A stretch of DNA of 63,526 bases, counting the filler, from Octopus bimaculoides (Eukaryota): assembly GCF_001194135.2 (NCBI RefSeq). It is 5 parts of 5 records of this genome, joined end to end, with 100 filler letters (N's around TTAATTAATTAA, not from the genome) between each part and the next. Parts side by side here need not be neighbours in the genome. Positions count along the whole stretch, not along the records: positions 25,427 to 36,901 come from NC_068989.1; positions 37,002 to 42,412 come from NW_026365057.1; 3 more parts are not named here. The stretch is one strand, 5' to 3'. The position numbers and the translations under genes were made by a program. Shown in pieces: positions 25,891 through 40,280 of the stretch. Every line of letters begins with the position of its first letter. Position 1 is the first letter of the stretch. The notes below the pieces were generated by a model. The model had not been told where the DNA came from and ran no database searches. It saw only the letters and a list, made by a program, of their open reading frames with translations.

Positions 25891-27133
25891 AAACACACAC
25901 TATGCCTAGATGGTTTGGAGAGAATAACTGCCATCACTAAACGATAATTCTTCTAGACCTCTGAATCATAAATGATACACCCCCACTACGTTTGGAAACG
26001 GAATTTTGTCAATATTTTGGTGCAAACTCTTAACGTGAAAGCGTAAATTCTTGAAAATTATTCTTTACGTTGCCAAAGGCTTGGATCCGTTTCAAATATT
26101 TGCTGGTTCTTTCAATAGAAATAACTCGTACAATCCTCTTGACTATTCCACAAAGTTTAACAAACAGTTCTACTTTAATGGAATTTACTGGCTCACAACA
26201 AAAAAATATAACAACTACCATCTATTTTGAAGTTGTTCTCAGAAATTCTTCAAGCCGCGATATATAAATCTTCAAGTAGCTACTGTCAAGAGGTATTTTA
26301 CAAGTTCGCGATTAAAATCTCTGTCACTTACTAACTGTGGTAGTTCCTCGTTTTCATATTCAGTGTTTCATACGATTTCACAAATGTAATTCAGTTGGTT
26401 TTTGCCTTGTACTAAAGTATTCACATTTCCAAAATACGACATTTGGTATGGTTAGTTGTGACTCTCCCCACCAAATTTTACGTCTTCTGCCTACGCTAGG
26501 AATAATTATTCTTTGCTTTCACGGTCCTGACCTTGTTCCATTCAAAAAGATACGCGAGACACTTATCCAGCTTCCTTCATCAGAATTACAAAGAATCTGT
26601 TTTAAGATTTTTAAACCAAACTTTAAATTAATCAAACTCACCAGTCTGGGAGGACTTGAAAAGAAATATAACCTTCTATCCTACTCAGGAAATTAAAATA
26701 TTGCCGTTAGACCGCGGCCATTCTGGGGCACTGCTCTGAAGAATGTTTTATCCCAGTAAATTTTTATAAGCCTGGTACTTATTCTGTCGGTTCTTTTGCC
26801 GAAGCGATCAGTTACAGTGACGTAAACACAAACGGGGAGCAAACACAGACACGAAGACACACAAGCACACTCACATACACGCATGCATGATACATGTATA
26901 TATATACATATAGCAAAGTTATGAGAGGTATTGGCATCCAGAAGACATAAGGTAACAGGTAAGGCTATGGAAGTGCTATGGGAGGACCGTAGTTAAACTC
27001 TCGGTTCGATAATAATACGAGTGAGGAGTCTAATGCGGGTCTTGTAAGAGCATGTATATGTTAAATAAAAGGAAATGTGACAACAAACCCAAGGCTATGT
27101 GGAATTTTCAGGACATTTATAAAGAGAAAGCTA

Positions 27134-27180
27134 CTCTTACAGCTGTTTCTGGGATATTAGTGATATCCCTTCATCAGAGG
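27134..27180 (-). ncRNA. Compact hammerhead-like motif
   Basis: Minus strand CUGAUGA-A-GGGAUAU-CACUA-AUAUCCC-A-GAA-ACAGCUGU-A-AG. Core intact, 7-bp stem II, palindromic stem III; stem I only about 2 bp and the stem II closing pair is mismatched. Confidence 0.5.
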
Positions 27181-27589
27181 CCATGTGAAATGGTTGAATA
27201 GAGGGTAATTGTAAAGTTCAATATAAGGAGTTATTTTGGAAAAGGATGGAATTAAGAAGTATAAAGGGAAATAAGAGAATAAAAGTAACAATAAAAATAT
27301 ATTTAGGATGTTATAGTTGCAGTTCCATTATCCAAGGAAAGTGGTGTGTAGAAATGATAGAAATGCCTCTTGTTCATGGTGTGTAAATTCCGATAGGAGT
27401 TCATATTTCCTGCACGGAATGATTTTTTGAAAGTCATTGGAAGATAGAAGGAATAGAGAATGGTACTGATGAAAGGAGTTTTGTACATTTGGAAATAAAA
27501 CAAGTGGCAATTCTCATGGTTTCATCTATAGAACCTGAGATGCGAGTGGTTGAGAAGAATATGTATTCCAATGGGAAGAAAGAAATATC

Positions 27590-28260
27590 GGAAACGAAAT
27601 TATTTTGAGTATCAACTGAAAACAAAATGCACTACTGTACCACTTGCATTTCGTCTGCAGTAATCTTCAAAAACTGTACTTTATTTGACCAAATAGGTTG
27701 AATTCGAAGGTTACCAAATCTGGTCTGTAGAATGTATGGCACCATCTACCACTGAACAAACCATCTTACCGACTACTTATTCCATTGCTAAAGATATGTG
27801 TTCGCACATCTTCGTAGTGACTGTCGATCATTTTCCGATTCTTGTTCAATCTCTTCATCCTAATGGCTTCTATAAGCTTTTTGGGTGTTTCAATGTCCCA
27901 GTCGTTATTCACTGTGCAGACACGTTCCAGAAAATGAAAGACTGAAAATTTTGTCATCCTAAAGATATCCCTTTCTGAACCTAGACACTTGAACTTTTAA
28001 GGTCTAAGAAAAAGGGTGTGACGCCATTCCAGGGACTGAGCTTTCACTTTTGGATCATAATGATGCAGCCACGTTTTATCTCCTGTCATTAAATGAGACA
28101 CAGCAGAACAGAATTAACTTCCACTCTTCTCTTCTTCCGGATCAGTATCAACTCTCAAGGCGCTTAATTTGCACGCACTTTCCGATCCAAGTCTTTCAAC
28201 TTGTGTAATGTATTGTGATCAGAGTCCAATTGTGCAGCAAGTTCACGGATTGTGACAATT
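27590..28260 (-). mobile_element. Decayed mariner (DD34D) transposase
   Basis: IRELAAQL..., MTGDKTWLHHYDPK, HFLER..TVN..., KKL.EAIR.KR, Y.PDL...F.LFG motifs across frames. Confidence 0.75.
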
Positions 28261-31200
28261 GCAAAAAGAAAAACCAGAAAGGAAAACTAGACAAAGGATC
28301 TTTTTTAAATGTACGGAAAGCTAATTGCTTCATAGAAAAAAGAGATTCTCCTGGAAGCAACCGGTTCTGATATTGCAATGAAAGGTATAAAACATGCGAA
28401 TACAGTCTACTGACCAGGAATATACTCTTTCTGAATTGGTTTCTCCCAAATACTCTTTACTAGAATTGTGAGATTTAAGAGAGAAATATTTCAGAGCATT
28501 GATAAGAAATGATGCAGCGTCGGGGCCTTGATCAGTGGTTAGTGGATTGGTACAAGCATATGTTCTATTTACCTCACTTTTCAGTTCTACATGGAATATA
28601 TGCTTCTATTGTCGTAACCGAGGCAAACTTTTGTCTATGTACAGCACTTCGTTTTAGTAAAAGAAAGGCACCGGACCAGAAATTTAGTGAGAAAAAGTTA
28701 GTCAATTAGCACAACACAATATTTGATTGATATATTACTTTATCGAACCGAAAGAATGAAACGCGAAAGTGCATTCAGTGGGATTTTAACTCACAATTTT
28801 AAAGACTCAAAACAAATATTGTAAGACACTTATTTACCTGATATTCTAGCGAAGCTACCGGATTGCAACCTTGAAAATAAATAGCACCACAATTTTACAA
28901 ATTAACATTGCCAGAAACAACATACATGAATCACACATGAATGATGCACGAATCATACAGGAATGTTATCTTCAAACGAAGACTTGTAAGTTGACTTTAA
29001 CATAAGAAAATATCAGAATTACTTTGCTGTTTGTTTTGTTTGGCACATGTTATGCAGGCGTTGCTAGAATTCCGAAAAGCTATTCTATTGAACCATCGAC
29101 TAATCGGATTAATATCCTACTGAAGCAAATTTAACAAAATCCAGATATCTGCCACTCTGGTAACAAAATCCAGTTTCTGTTGTGTTAATCCAATGAATAT
29201 TTTGAAAAGATCACCACACTCTGGCAAGTAACTTGCCTAATTTCTTATTCATGTTAGTTAAGTCCCTTGAGTACGTAAGGTACAATATCCTCAACAGAAA
29301 TACAACTAAACGCTTTTAGAGAAATTGAAATCACGTTCCTTTTGTTATTATTCCTTCTTCCACATCAAACATTGATTTAATTTTAACTCAGTTCTGGAAA
29401 TACTCAGAGATATGTTTTTCTTCGTAAATCTAAAGGACATATAAGATATTTTGCCGAACTATTTCATCAACGATTTTATTTGCTTATTTATTTAAATGAA
29501 CTCGTCCGTTGATCTTATTTTGATTTTTTTTTATTTGTTTCCTTTACTTCATAAGAAAAAATAGCTAAGCCCGAAAACACGGCCCTGAAATACTTGACGA
29601 AGATCTCAAGGTAAAATATTTTCCTAAATTTATTATCCATAAACACGTAGTGTTTGATCGGAATCGCAAACATGCATGATCAATAGCTTTTCTCATGCAG
29701 AAATGGTCATTGCCATGTCTGGACATGATAATCATCCCAACACTAGCTTTCTTATTACTGTTTATTTTTCACTTTTAATCTTTCTCTTTTATTTTTCTCG
29801 TTCTAAATCTAATCAGTATTTTTCTTTTTGGCTTTCTTTTTACTGGTTGCAACGGTAATAATAGTCTTTTATTCAGCATACCCCAAACAAGTTGAAATAA
29901 ACATATGAAAAAGTAAACATTGTTCAAAGAACGATTGTATTCAAGACAGATCGGCGCCTTACTGAACACAATACGAACGGCACCATACTGCAAAGTCCTT
30001 CTTGAAGAAAAACAGCAAAAGAATTTTCACAAAGCTAACCCAGGCGTTGGGTGAACGATTTAAGCAAAACCAAATAATCGATTGAAAATTTCTACACAAA
30101 TGTAAGAGAAAAAGATAAATAAATAAAATTGCCAACTCTATAACAATTACTCTATCGATGGCGCCATGTTAATTTTCGATTCTAATATTTCTTTTGATAT
30201 CGATCATTGTTTACTTTATTTTCTTTTTTTTGTTCTTTTTAGCTTAAATCCGAACGATATTTAATGTAGTCGAGATTTCTAGCAGCTATAACTACAGAAT
30301 AGTTAAATATATGTCAGAAATATAATGTTTTCGACAAAGAACTTCAGCTCAAAACTTCGATTCTATTTCATCAAAACTTATAGTTTTTTCGATAATATAG
30401 CGATACCAGTCGATTTCATATGAATATGTTGAAGATTTAATCCCAAGACGTCAAGTTTTATAATAAGTGAGTCATCGAAATTTGTCCCTTTCAACATATA
30501 ATGCAGTTAGTAGCAAGTCGTTTCTACATTTGTCACTTAGTATTATGTGTTATAACTGTGTTCCTGTATGATATCTTAGGGTTAAGAGGAAGCTTTTGGT
30601 CATTAAACATTCAAATATTTTGATATTAATTCATCTATGTTTATTAAGTACCTAAATATGATTCTTGTATTGACTAATTTACATCAACCACTTCTTTAAA
30701 TATTGCTATACATCGAGAAAACATTTCCGAAGTGTTCTGTTCTACAAAACGTTAAATGCAGTCCAAGCTAAAATATTTCTTCCTCCTTGCAAACGCTTTG
30801 CCGAGGCAAAGAACTAGTTTTTTGGAATTCCATTGTTCATAAAATTAGATAGAGTCTCTTAAATATTAATTTGTATTTATGAATTGTGTCCTGATGTTGC
30901 AGATAATTTCCGAGGAACCTAATTTTCGATCCAGTTTTCATTATTTCTTAAACATATTTGAATTACACTACAGACAATCATTCCTTTTTTATAAGTTTTC
31001 TGCATCCATATAATATTTTCAGTTTTCTTTTAAACATAAAATAAACATCGATACAACATCTGTTATTTATTTAATGAAACCATATTTCCAAGGATTCTAC
31101 ATATTTAATTTCATTGAGTTCTAATTCACAGACCAAATACTGAACAAAATAACAAATTATTAAGAGGTGTCGAGTAATAGCTTGACATATTATTTTCATT

Positions 31201-32339
31201 TAACCTTTCTAAAATTATTTTCTAAAAACTATTATAAATTGGGAGAATATTTTAGTAAACTAATAACTGGTCAGAGGACCAAACATTCCAAAGACAGCAC
31301 GGATTATTGAAGAGAGGAGTTATTATTCAGAAAGATAATCTAACGTCACAACGGCCGAATGGGAGAGTGAATAAACTTCGTGATTTACCGGTCCTTGAAG
31401 CGTGATCTTAAAACTACGTTGATTAATCGCTTATTTATTTCAGTTTACTTTTCTGTAGTAGATAAGTATCAGACTCACCTGAATAAATATGCCGATACCA
31501 TCCACACCTGGAACAATATTTAGAGTATTTTATGCAAGGAGCTTTAAAACATAGCTACAAATATATTTGCAGTAAGGAAACAACATATTAGCTTATAACT
31601 AATATTTATTTTTTCCGGCAAATATGAGAGATAACTCTGAAACTGTTTCTCTATTATTCTAACCTTTTCGTGCATCAAATATGCTAACAGTATTTTACGT
31701 ATTCTTTTCCACTAGGACGGGGCTTTTGAATACATTTTAATACTAATAAATGCATAATCCTTTATTTTATATCTTTTTCACTGCTTCAACAAATACTTGA
31801 AAGACGATGTTATGATGATGAAATTAACATAATACCCAATCTGTAAGATATAAACTTTGATCCTAGCCCTGACCAATGTATGTTTATGATGTTTAAAATT
31901 TCGCTTACAACTAGATTTTAGCCTAATATTTGTAGTCAAAATATCCTAACGAAGATTTATCGTTCCGATTTCATCGAGGAATAAGGCAGTCCATTGTCAG
32001 ATAAACAGTAGAATACAAGTGTGCGTGTCGTATCCCTTTCTTGAGACCAAGGATTCAATGAGACTGGTGACCCTGTTTTAATGGTGTATAGTGACCGAGG
32101 TCAAAACAGTCCCTTGAATGGAACGACAATCTGTTGCCGGTGTCAAGAACAGCAATTTTTGAGGGGAGGGGACAAGTCAATAACACCGGATCCAGTACTT
32201 AACTGGTACTTTATATCATCGATCCCTAAGGAAAGAAAGGTAAATTTGAGCTCGACGGGAATTGAACTCAGACGGTAATGGTGATAAGCATTTAGACCAA
32301 TGTGCAAAAGATTCTTAAAGCTTCCAACTTCATAAATAA

Positions 32340-32710
32340 ACACAGACAGCCACATTTACTAGCTATAACGACGACACAAAAGTAGTTGAAGCAGTCAAGG
32401 AACCATTCAATGCTAATCTACAGAAATACTTAGATGCCATACATAAATAAACAGCAGAAAGCAACATGCAATTTAATATAGGAAAATTCCAAGCCCTCCG
32501 CTATCAGCCAGCTGATGCTAGAAGTGCCAAAACAAGGATTCTTTAGACCAACACGTGCGGCAATCCCAAAGTCAAGTGCAGTGTGTGATTTGGGGATTGA
32601 TATGAGCAACAACGCCTCGTTTCACGTGTATATCATCAAGATTGGTGGCAATGTGTAGGTGAATGGCCGGATGGATTCTGTGAACTTTAAGAACAAAGTA
32701 ACAGGAAACT
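32340..32710 (+). mobile_element. CR1/L2-like LINE reverse transcriptase fragment
   Basis: SYNDDTKV (YADD-like) ... LQKYLDAIHK* ... NMQFNIGKFQALRY ... CDLGIDMS. Confidence 0.7.
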
Positions 32711-32859
32711 ACGATGGTTCTATGGAGGACATTTTTCCTCAGCCTTCTGGACTCAACAATGTCAAATTAATAACGGAAATTAATGCAGTTCAGCTGGGTT
32801 ACACTACGAAGATTGCATCAATAGAACAGCTGAGCAGCGGGGAAGAGACTGAAGGAACT

Positions 32860-32896
32860 ATGTATGTATGTATATGTGTGTGTGCGTGTGTGTATA

Positions 32897-32939
<43 letters not shown>

Positions 32940-33010
32940 GTATGTATGTATGTATGTATGTATGTATATATGTATGTATGCATGTATGTATATGTGTGTG
33001 TGTGTGTGTT
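32860..33010. repeat. Compound (TG)n/(TATG)n microsatellite, representative of many in the window
   Basis: Similar tracts at 1-60, 33346-33480, 33790-33905, 38801-38860, 43904-44125, 46820-46912, 48925-49470, 54160-54460 and 60275-60600. Confidence 0.95.
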
Positions 33011-33345
33011 ATATATATCATTGTGTTGATAGGGATTGAGATAGCTGCGAAAAAAGCTTCCAGTGATATTTTAAATTCGAATTTGGATTTGATTTATTTG
33101 CGATGTCAGTGGAATTAGAAACAAATCGTAAGATATATTTCAATTATCTTAATGTAAACTTTTTTCCCCAGAATTCAGTTTGCGTTTTATTTTAGACGGG
33201 GATGTTATGACAATTTGTTCGTTTATTTTTAACTGTATTTTTATTCATTATATATCTATATATTCATATATTTCGTTTTGCTAATAATTTAGCTGAGCTC
33301 AATTCTTCACAAAGTCATTGATACAAAGTTTAGAGAGAGAGAGAT

Positions 33346-33399
<54 letters not shown>

Positions 33400-33807
33400 T
33401 CAAACATACATAATACATACATACATACATATGTGTGTGTATTTATATATATATAATGTGTGTGTGTGTATGTGTGTGTAGAATGTGGTGCACTCAACAT
33501 TCGATTAATAGTAATTTGATGGTGGTGTCAGAATATTGTCACCAATTATATTTATGGATATTTGATAGCGTTTCCAATAGTATTAGATTTAATGGGGGCT
33601 GGGAATTGAAATATATTTATGATATCATTTTGAAGAATCCCTTTAATTAATTAAATATACAAATTGCTGCAAAAATAGACTGTGTTAAGTAGCTAACAAT
33701 TTATGACACACACACACGCACATATGCATAAATATGTACAGATATATATATATATTATTCATAAATACATGTATATATATACACATATATATATGTGTGT
33801 GTGTGTG

Positions 33808-33892
<85 letters not shown>

Positions 33893-36800
33893 ATGTATGT
33901 ATGTATAGCAAAAGAAAGAAGATCCGATGTTTCTGATTTTTTTCTTATATTTCGATAGAAGGCCAAGAGTGAAAATGACAATCTAGTTTTATAATATTTA
34001 ATAAGAAAACCCTAAATATGATTATCTCCTTTGGTTTGTCTCACATCCCACACTATGGCGTCACTGTAGACTCCATATAGATTTGGTCCGTCTCAAGTAA
34101 TTTAAACATTCAGAACTCGCTAATGTCTGAGATATTCTCACAGTCGAGCTCAACACTGCACGTCAACAAAACGCACCTTGAGATGTTATTACTGCTGTTG
34201 TTGTCACTGCTGCTGCAGCTGCTTTTGTTGTTGCTGCTGCTGTTGCTGTTGTTACCGTTGTTGCTGGTGGTGATGCTGATGGTGCTGCTTTTAATCAACT
34301 CTGTCCGAGTAGCGACCTAACTTTGAAGAAGTACAAATGTCTGCATTATCTAATATGTCCTTTGTTTACTCAAAGTAGCAGTGATCATTTGAGGAAGTGT
34401 GGACTACTTTTTCCAGCAGGTTAATGGAGTACGTTAGGACCCTCTCGATAGCTCCATCAAGTATTCAGTGCAAATACAGCTGACAGCAGCGAGTACTTAT
34501 TGATTCTTACAGAATCTGTATTATAACTAATTGAACAAAGATATTTGAGAGCTCAATGTTTTGGTTCACAGATATAACAGAACGCAGATGTTTTGATTCA
34601 AAGCACTCGTTAAATATCTCGTCCACTAATCTATCGAGCTGGGCTATCCACGATCTTGCCATTTTTTTTTTCTCTTTTATACTGTGATGCTAAGTGGAAA
34701 TGTAAAGTAACCGACGTCATATTTCAATAGAACATCAGCTACTACCTAAACACAACTGTTTATATGTTCTTCAAACGAAATCTGAAAGCAAACAAATTTA
34801 GTAATGTGAACATTAGCTTACCGAAAAAAACACGATTTTGTCAATTTATCTCTGAACATAATTTATTTCTGTTTGAACAATTTATCTCTGAATGTTGCTC
34901 AGTTCATCTTCTTAAATAATATAAAAGGAAAATATACATATCTCGACCTCTCTTTTTTCCCATAGAAGTTAAAATTCTAAACTTTCAGTATAGTTATGAG
35001 ATGAAACCACAGACCCGCAAAATTTACTTCATATGTAATTGACCCGTAAATTATACTGTGCAAACTGCACACAAATACCAGCAGCTCAATGTACCAAGAA
35101 CTGCTTGTTCGGTCGTATTAACAGAATGTTAATAACAATACTACCGAATCCGATCATGAAATTACAAACCTGAGATTGAAAATCAGGTGTTACGTTAAGA
35201 AGTTGAGTATCAAAGGAAGTTCCAAGTCGGTGGAGCAATTGAGAAAGAATCTGTGAATGGCTGAATACAACGATCTCAAGAAACCTCATGAAATATGTTT
35301 ACATAAAAACAATTAACTCTCGATGGACGTAATATAAATATAGGAATATTTATTTGAAATCACAACTTGGTAGTTAAATATTCAGTGACAGCAGAGGATG
35401 AATTCAACTTTTTTTCATTTCATCAATTTTCAGTTAATTTTCTTTTTAAGTAGTTTCCTTTTTATGCTTTTATTTAGTTTTAGTTTTTTGCTGCATAAAA
35501 ACTTCAATGCTTTATTACAACTATTAAAAACTAACATTCCGCTGAATCTGCTCAGTTACAACAAAGGACACAAAACCTACAAGTGCCTGTCATGTTTTCC
35601 ATCATCCTCTTTTGTTTGAGGTTGCTCAACCACCAGGCTTGTGGGGTTTTTTTCTTTGTCTTGTGGTCGTTCTTGAATCTGTGCGTTTTCTTTGCTTTAT
35701 GTTTTCCCGTTGCCTTTTCGTCTTCCTTCGCCTTTTCATCCTTTTTTACCTTGTGGCTTTCTTTTATTTTGAAACTTTTATTTGAATTCTATTTTTTCTT
35801 TGCCCAGACATTTTATCTTCAGCCTATAACTTTAGCTTTATCTTGCATTCCTCCATTGTCTTTATACCCTTCTTTTGCCTTGTGGCCTTCTTTTTTCCTG
35901 TTGATCTTTCTTTGTCCTCTGGAATTCTTTTGATTATTGTCCTATGTTAGTTTATGATTTTTCTTTTGCATTTTCGCATCGGCGTTTTCCTATTTTATTT
36001 TTCTTATGCCGAGTTGTTTCCCTTCAACCAGTGATTTTAGTTTTACCTTGTATTCTTTATTTACCTTCTGGTCTCACATTACCTGTGGTCATCCTATACC
36101 CACCTGTATTATCACGACATTATATGCGTGGCTAACAAACTCCGAAGACGTTGCAGATCTTTTTACTCCTTTATACCTGGGAGTTTCATGCTCCTCTAAA
36201 TAAAACTATCATTTGAATACTTTTTTCTGTTTTATTTCATTTACATTTCACCCAACCTAGTGAAGTTTATAACCACCAAATATTCCTTCTTAAAAGTTTC
36301 ACGTTTCTTCTTATGAAATATTTCTTTAGTACGTTTTAAATAAACTTTTATTTCCCTCACTACGATGTCATTCTGATAATATCGTTCAATGAAATTATTT
36401 ATTCCAGCAACGGATATATCAGGAGTGTAATGAGTGATATTTGATTATATTTTTTAAAGAAGAGAACACTACTACGACTATTCCATGCACTTGGTTGCAA
36501 TCTAAAATCATCAATTTTTCAATATGTTCGGTAAAATTGACGCTTACAAGATAAATGCATGCGTTTTGAAAGAAATCAACACTGAGAAGCAATAATTGAC
36601 TAAATCTTATTTAGAGTCAAATTGAAATGATGTTCGAAATCAATTACACTCTTTTTAAATGAAACGTTATTAAATTTCATTGGCCTCTCTTTTCCTGATG
36701 CGTAAATATTTTGGTTTAAATTACATTAGCATGGAGAGCTTAAAGAAAAAATTGTTCAGGTATTCTGCATAAGCTCGCTTCGTCAACAAGAGACAACACG

Positions 36801-36901
36801 AGAAGTGTAGCATTATGTATAGCTGGAATCTTTTCCAATAGTGAGAATCCATAGATTTATGTACATAATGCATATAATATATATACATATAATATATATA
36901 T

Positions 36902-37001
36902 NNNNNNNNNNNNNNNNNNNNNNNNNNNNNNNNNNNNNNNNNNNNTTAATTAATTAANNNNNNNNNNNNNNNNNNNNNNNNNNNNNNNNNNNNNNNNNNN
37001 N
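36902..37001. other. Artificial scaffold-join spacer
   Basis: Identical 44 N / 12-mer / 44 N structure. Confidence 0.95.
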
Positions 37002-37569
37002 GTCGTACCGTTGAATTACAAATAATGCTCATCTGTTATGTTCGGGTTAAAATTTCATCAACATCAAAAATATATGAATTTTCATGGGAGTTATGACCGT
37101 TATGCATAGAATATAATTTCCAAATTTCATAAAGATCCGTTCAGTACTTTTGACGTAGTTTTGGATAAGAAAACAAATGACTAATGTGTGTGTTTGTGTG
37201 CATGTATATGTGCGTGATGGGTGTATATATGTATAGATATCTGTATGCATGTATATATATGTATATATGTGTACATATTACATGTACATCTATATATATA
37301 TACATCTACAGATATGTATACATATACATGTACGCATATAGATCTATATCTATATATATAAATATATCTATATATATCTATACATATACGTGTACATATA
37401 CATCTATATGTATACATATACATCTCTCTTTCTCTCTTTCTCTCTTTCTCTCTTTCTCTCTTTCTCTCTTTCTCTCTCTCTGAAAGTATCTGTCATTACA
37501 GTATCGAANNNNNNNNNNNNNNNNNNNNNNNNNNNNNNNNNNNNNNNNNNNNNNNNNNNNNNNNNNNNN

Positions 37570-37804
37570 TTCAGTTAGTAGAATAGTTTCATTTTTAAAG
37601 TGAAAGTATTTGACATGAGTGTTTTTGTTTCACTTTTGACACGTAATACTTAAATAGTGGAGGAGATATTATGTTGCCGTGGGCTCGAACTCTGCAAGAA
37701 GTTAAAAATGTTTTTTGACTAAAACACAACTGGAACCCTAAGTAAGGCATCTGTAAAAATTTGAATGAAATTGGTTGTGTAGTTCTCGAGTTTTAGGGAT
37801 TCAC

Positions 37805-37880
<76 letters not shown>

Positions 37881-37901
37881 TCTCATTTTTATATATATAG
37901 A
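37570..37901 (-). mobile_element. Helitron-like non-autonomous element, 5' end
   Basis: Minus strand begins A|TCTATATATATAAAAATGAGAATG(TG)n(TCTG)n, the pattern of non-autonomous Helitron 5' ends; no 3' CTAG seen (gap at 37509-37569). Confidence 0.5.
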
Positions 37902-38831
37902 TTTTCGTTTACTCGGTTACTGACATATAAACAACATGAAACTATTGTATGAAAGTTAATTGTTACTGTTTTAATTTTATTTCAAAAATTCCTTCGATAT
38001 AGTTAACTATATGCTGTTAGAGTATAAGATTGACTATATTGAGTTCAATGCCTCACTGTACCGAGTTGAAACTCCAACGATGGCGGAAGGTTAAGAAAAA
38101 AACCTATCCTTAATATATAGAGTAGTTTAAATCGACCGTTCTCCCGCCTCAAACTACATACATACACACATACATACATTTATGTGTGTGAGCATGCATA
38201 CGTGTCCGTGTGCGTGCATGTATGTATGAAATGAATAATCAATGCAAATATATTGAAAACCATTTTGGTATACTTGAATGAAATCATCACGACTTTGTTC
38301 AAATATGTCAAATAAGAAAAAGGTATCTTTTTGTTTCATAAGGCAAATAATATTTAAATTCATTACTTATATACACCTTGTATATCGTTTATATTAGCTT
38401 TTATGCTACTTGTTGAAATAACTATTTTAGCGTGAAGTGATTTCATCGAAATATCAGACCACTGACTGTATAGTGCTGCATTAATCTTCCAGTTATTATT
38501 AAAATCGCTTCCACATGATAGCTCGTTATTCTGTGGGCCCCAATATTTGTCCGACCATTAGCATTGATAGAGAGAAAACAATTGGTGTGAGGTAATGAGG
38601 TGGTGGAGATCATAATGGAAGATGAAAGAGAAAATAGAAACTGTATCGAACGTAGGAAGTGAACCGAGGTGGAGACGAAATGAAAGAGTATACTGCTAGC
38701 ATATAAAGAGTATTAGTGAATATCACAGCAAAGAGAAATGAAGACAAAAGTAGCTGAGTTAAAGAGTCAAAGAGACAGTAGTCATTGGATAGCATGGAAG
38801 ACATACATACATACATACATACATACATACA

Positions 38832-38860
<29 letters not shown>

Positions 38861-38862
<2 letters not shown>

Positions 38863-40280
38863 CTTACAATGGTATCTGTAACTAAAAACTTGAATGGAAC
38901 CTGTAGCAAAACACGTGTCACTAAAGAATATTACAGCCGAATAAAGAAAATTTGAACTTCAGAACTCTCTACATTCAATAAAACACTGGCCCACAATGTG
39001 TTTGCAGTGCCAGTGCTCATACCAACATTTGGGCTGCTTGATTGGATGCTTGATGAGATGCGAGCCATTAATCTGAAAAACCTGGAAAATACTAGCAAGC
39101 ACACATAATTTCCATATAAACAGTGACGTAGACCGCCGCTACCTAACACGAAAACAAGGCGGCAAAGGCTTAACATCGATCCAAAATGCCTTTGAATGTC
39201 GTATCATATCTCTTCGGCAACGTCTTTTAACCACTGAGTGTCGAAGTCCATCCCTTGACCAAGTTTGTATACATGAGACTGATAACATCATAAAACTTGG
39301 AAGGCAACTCCTTGAGCAACATTCTTTGTCTGATAACCTAGAATACATGCCCAAAAAGGTCGCACAACTCTACCGCAACGTATCATCAGATGAAAGGATG
39401 AGCCTATATAAGCAGAAGATTATGCATGGATATGTTAGTAGAAAGCAGGATATGTCAGTAGAAAGCAGTTTATCATGGACCAGTAGCCAGATTACTACCT
39501 CCCACTTTGAAGAGTATGCGTTTGAAATACAGGAACAGAAAATATCAACCAAGTACCTGATGCACAAAAGGGACAGAGATGCAGGAAAAGCAGTAAAATA
39601 TGGCAACTGATGCAGACTTTGTGGAGTTAACACCTAAAATATCACCCACGTCGTAAGCAGTTGCGCAAAAATGTCATCATGGTATTATCTACCGATAAGA
39701 CATGATGTTGTAGCTAGGACACTCTATAATGAAATCCGTCGGAAGGATAACCCAGAGGACAAAGAAATAAGAGCCCACTATATGGTAGAAGCCATAGCCA
39801 CTTATAATAAAAAGAAGTACTGGAGGAATGTCCCATTGAAGGCCTCAATAAAATGTAAGCACAGCAGACCTGATATAATGATGTGGGATAGAGAAGGGAA
39901 ACTGTGCACAGTTGTAGAAATTAGCTGCCCAGTGGATGTTAACATAAAGCTGAAGATCAGTGAAAAAGAGAATACCTACGATGAACTATTGAGAAATCTG
40001 CAGTTACTCTATCCAGATTACAAGTTCAGGTTTATACCTGTAATTATTGGGACCCTGGAGTATGTAACAGACTGCTTAGATACCAATCTCGAGAAATTAG
40101 GCTTCTCAAAACCAGAAAGGAGGAAGCTAGTTCGAAGACTACAGATCCAATCCATAACTGGAACTGTAAAAATATGTAGTTTTCCAGAAGTTTATCATTT
40201 AAATATATATGAGCATGTTTAGATATGCAACTATATGCATGAGAATACGCACATAAAGCAAAACATACAAATTTGCACGT
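38861..40280 (+). mobile_element. 5'-truncated R4/Dong-like non-LTR retrotransposon (RT C-terminus, CCHC finger, restriction-like endonuclease)
   Basis: FNKTLAHNVFAVPVL, YL.RKQGGKGL, CRLCG...HVVSSC, RHDVVA, RPDI...VVEISCP...K..KE..Y, PVIIG motifs; several stops and frameshifts. Confidence 0.85.

Noticed and set aside
26030-26696. Possible LINE-derived coding relic
   Set aside because: I could not identify diagnostic RT or endonuclease motifs in any frame.
34123-34320. Poly-Leu signal-peptide-like ORF on the + strand
   Set aside because: Hydrophobicity comes from a (CTG/TTG)n tract; no downstream exon or domain evidence.
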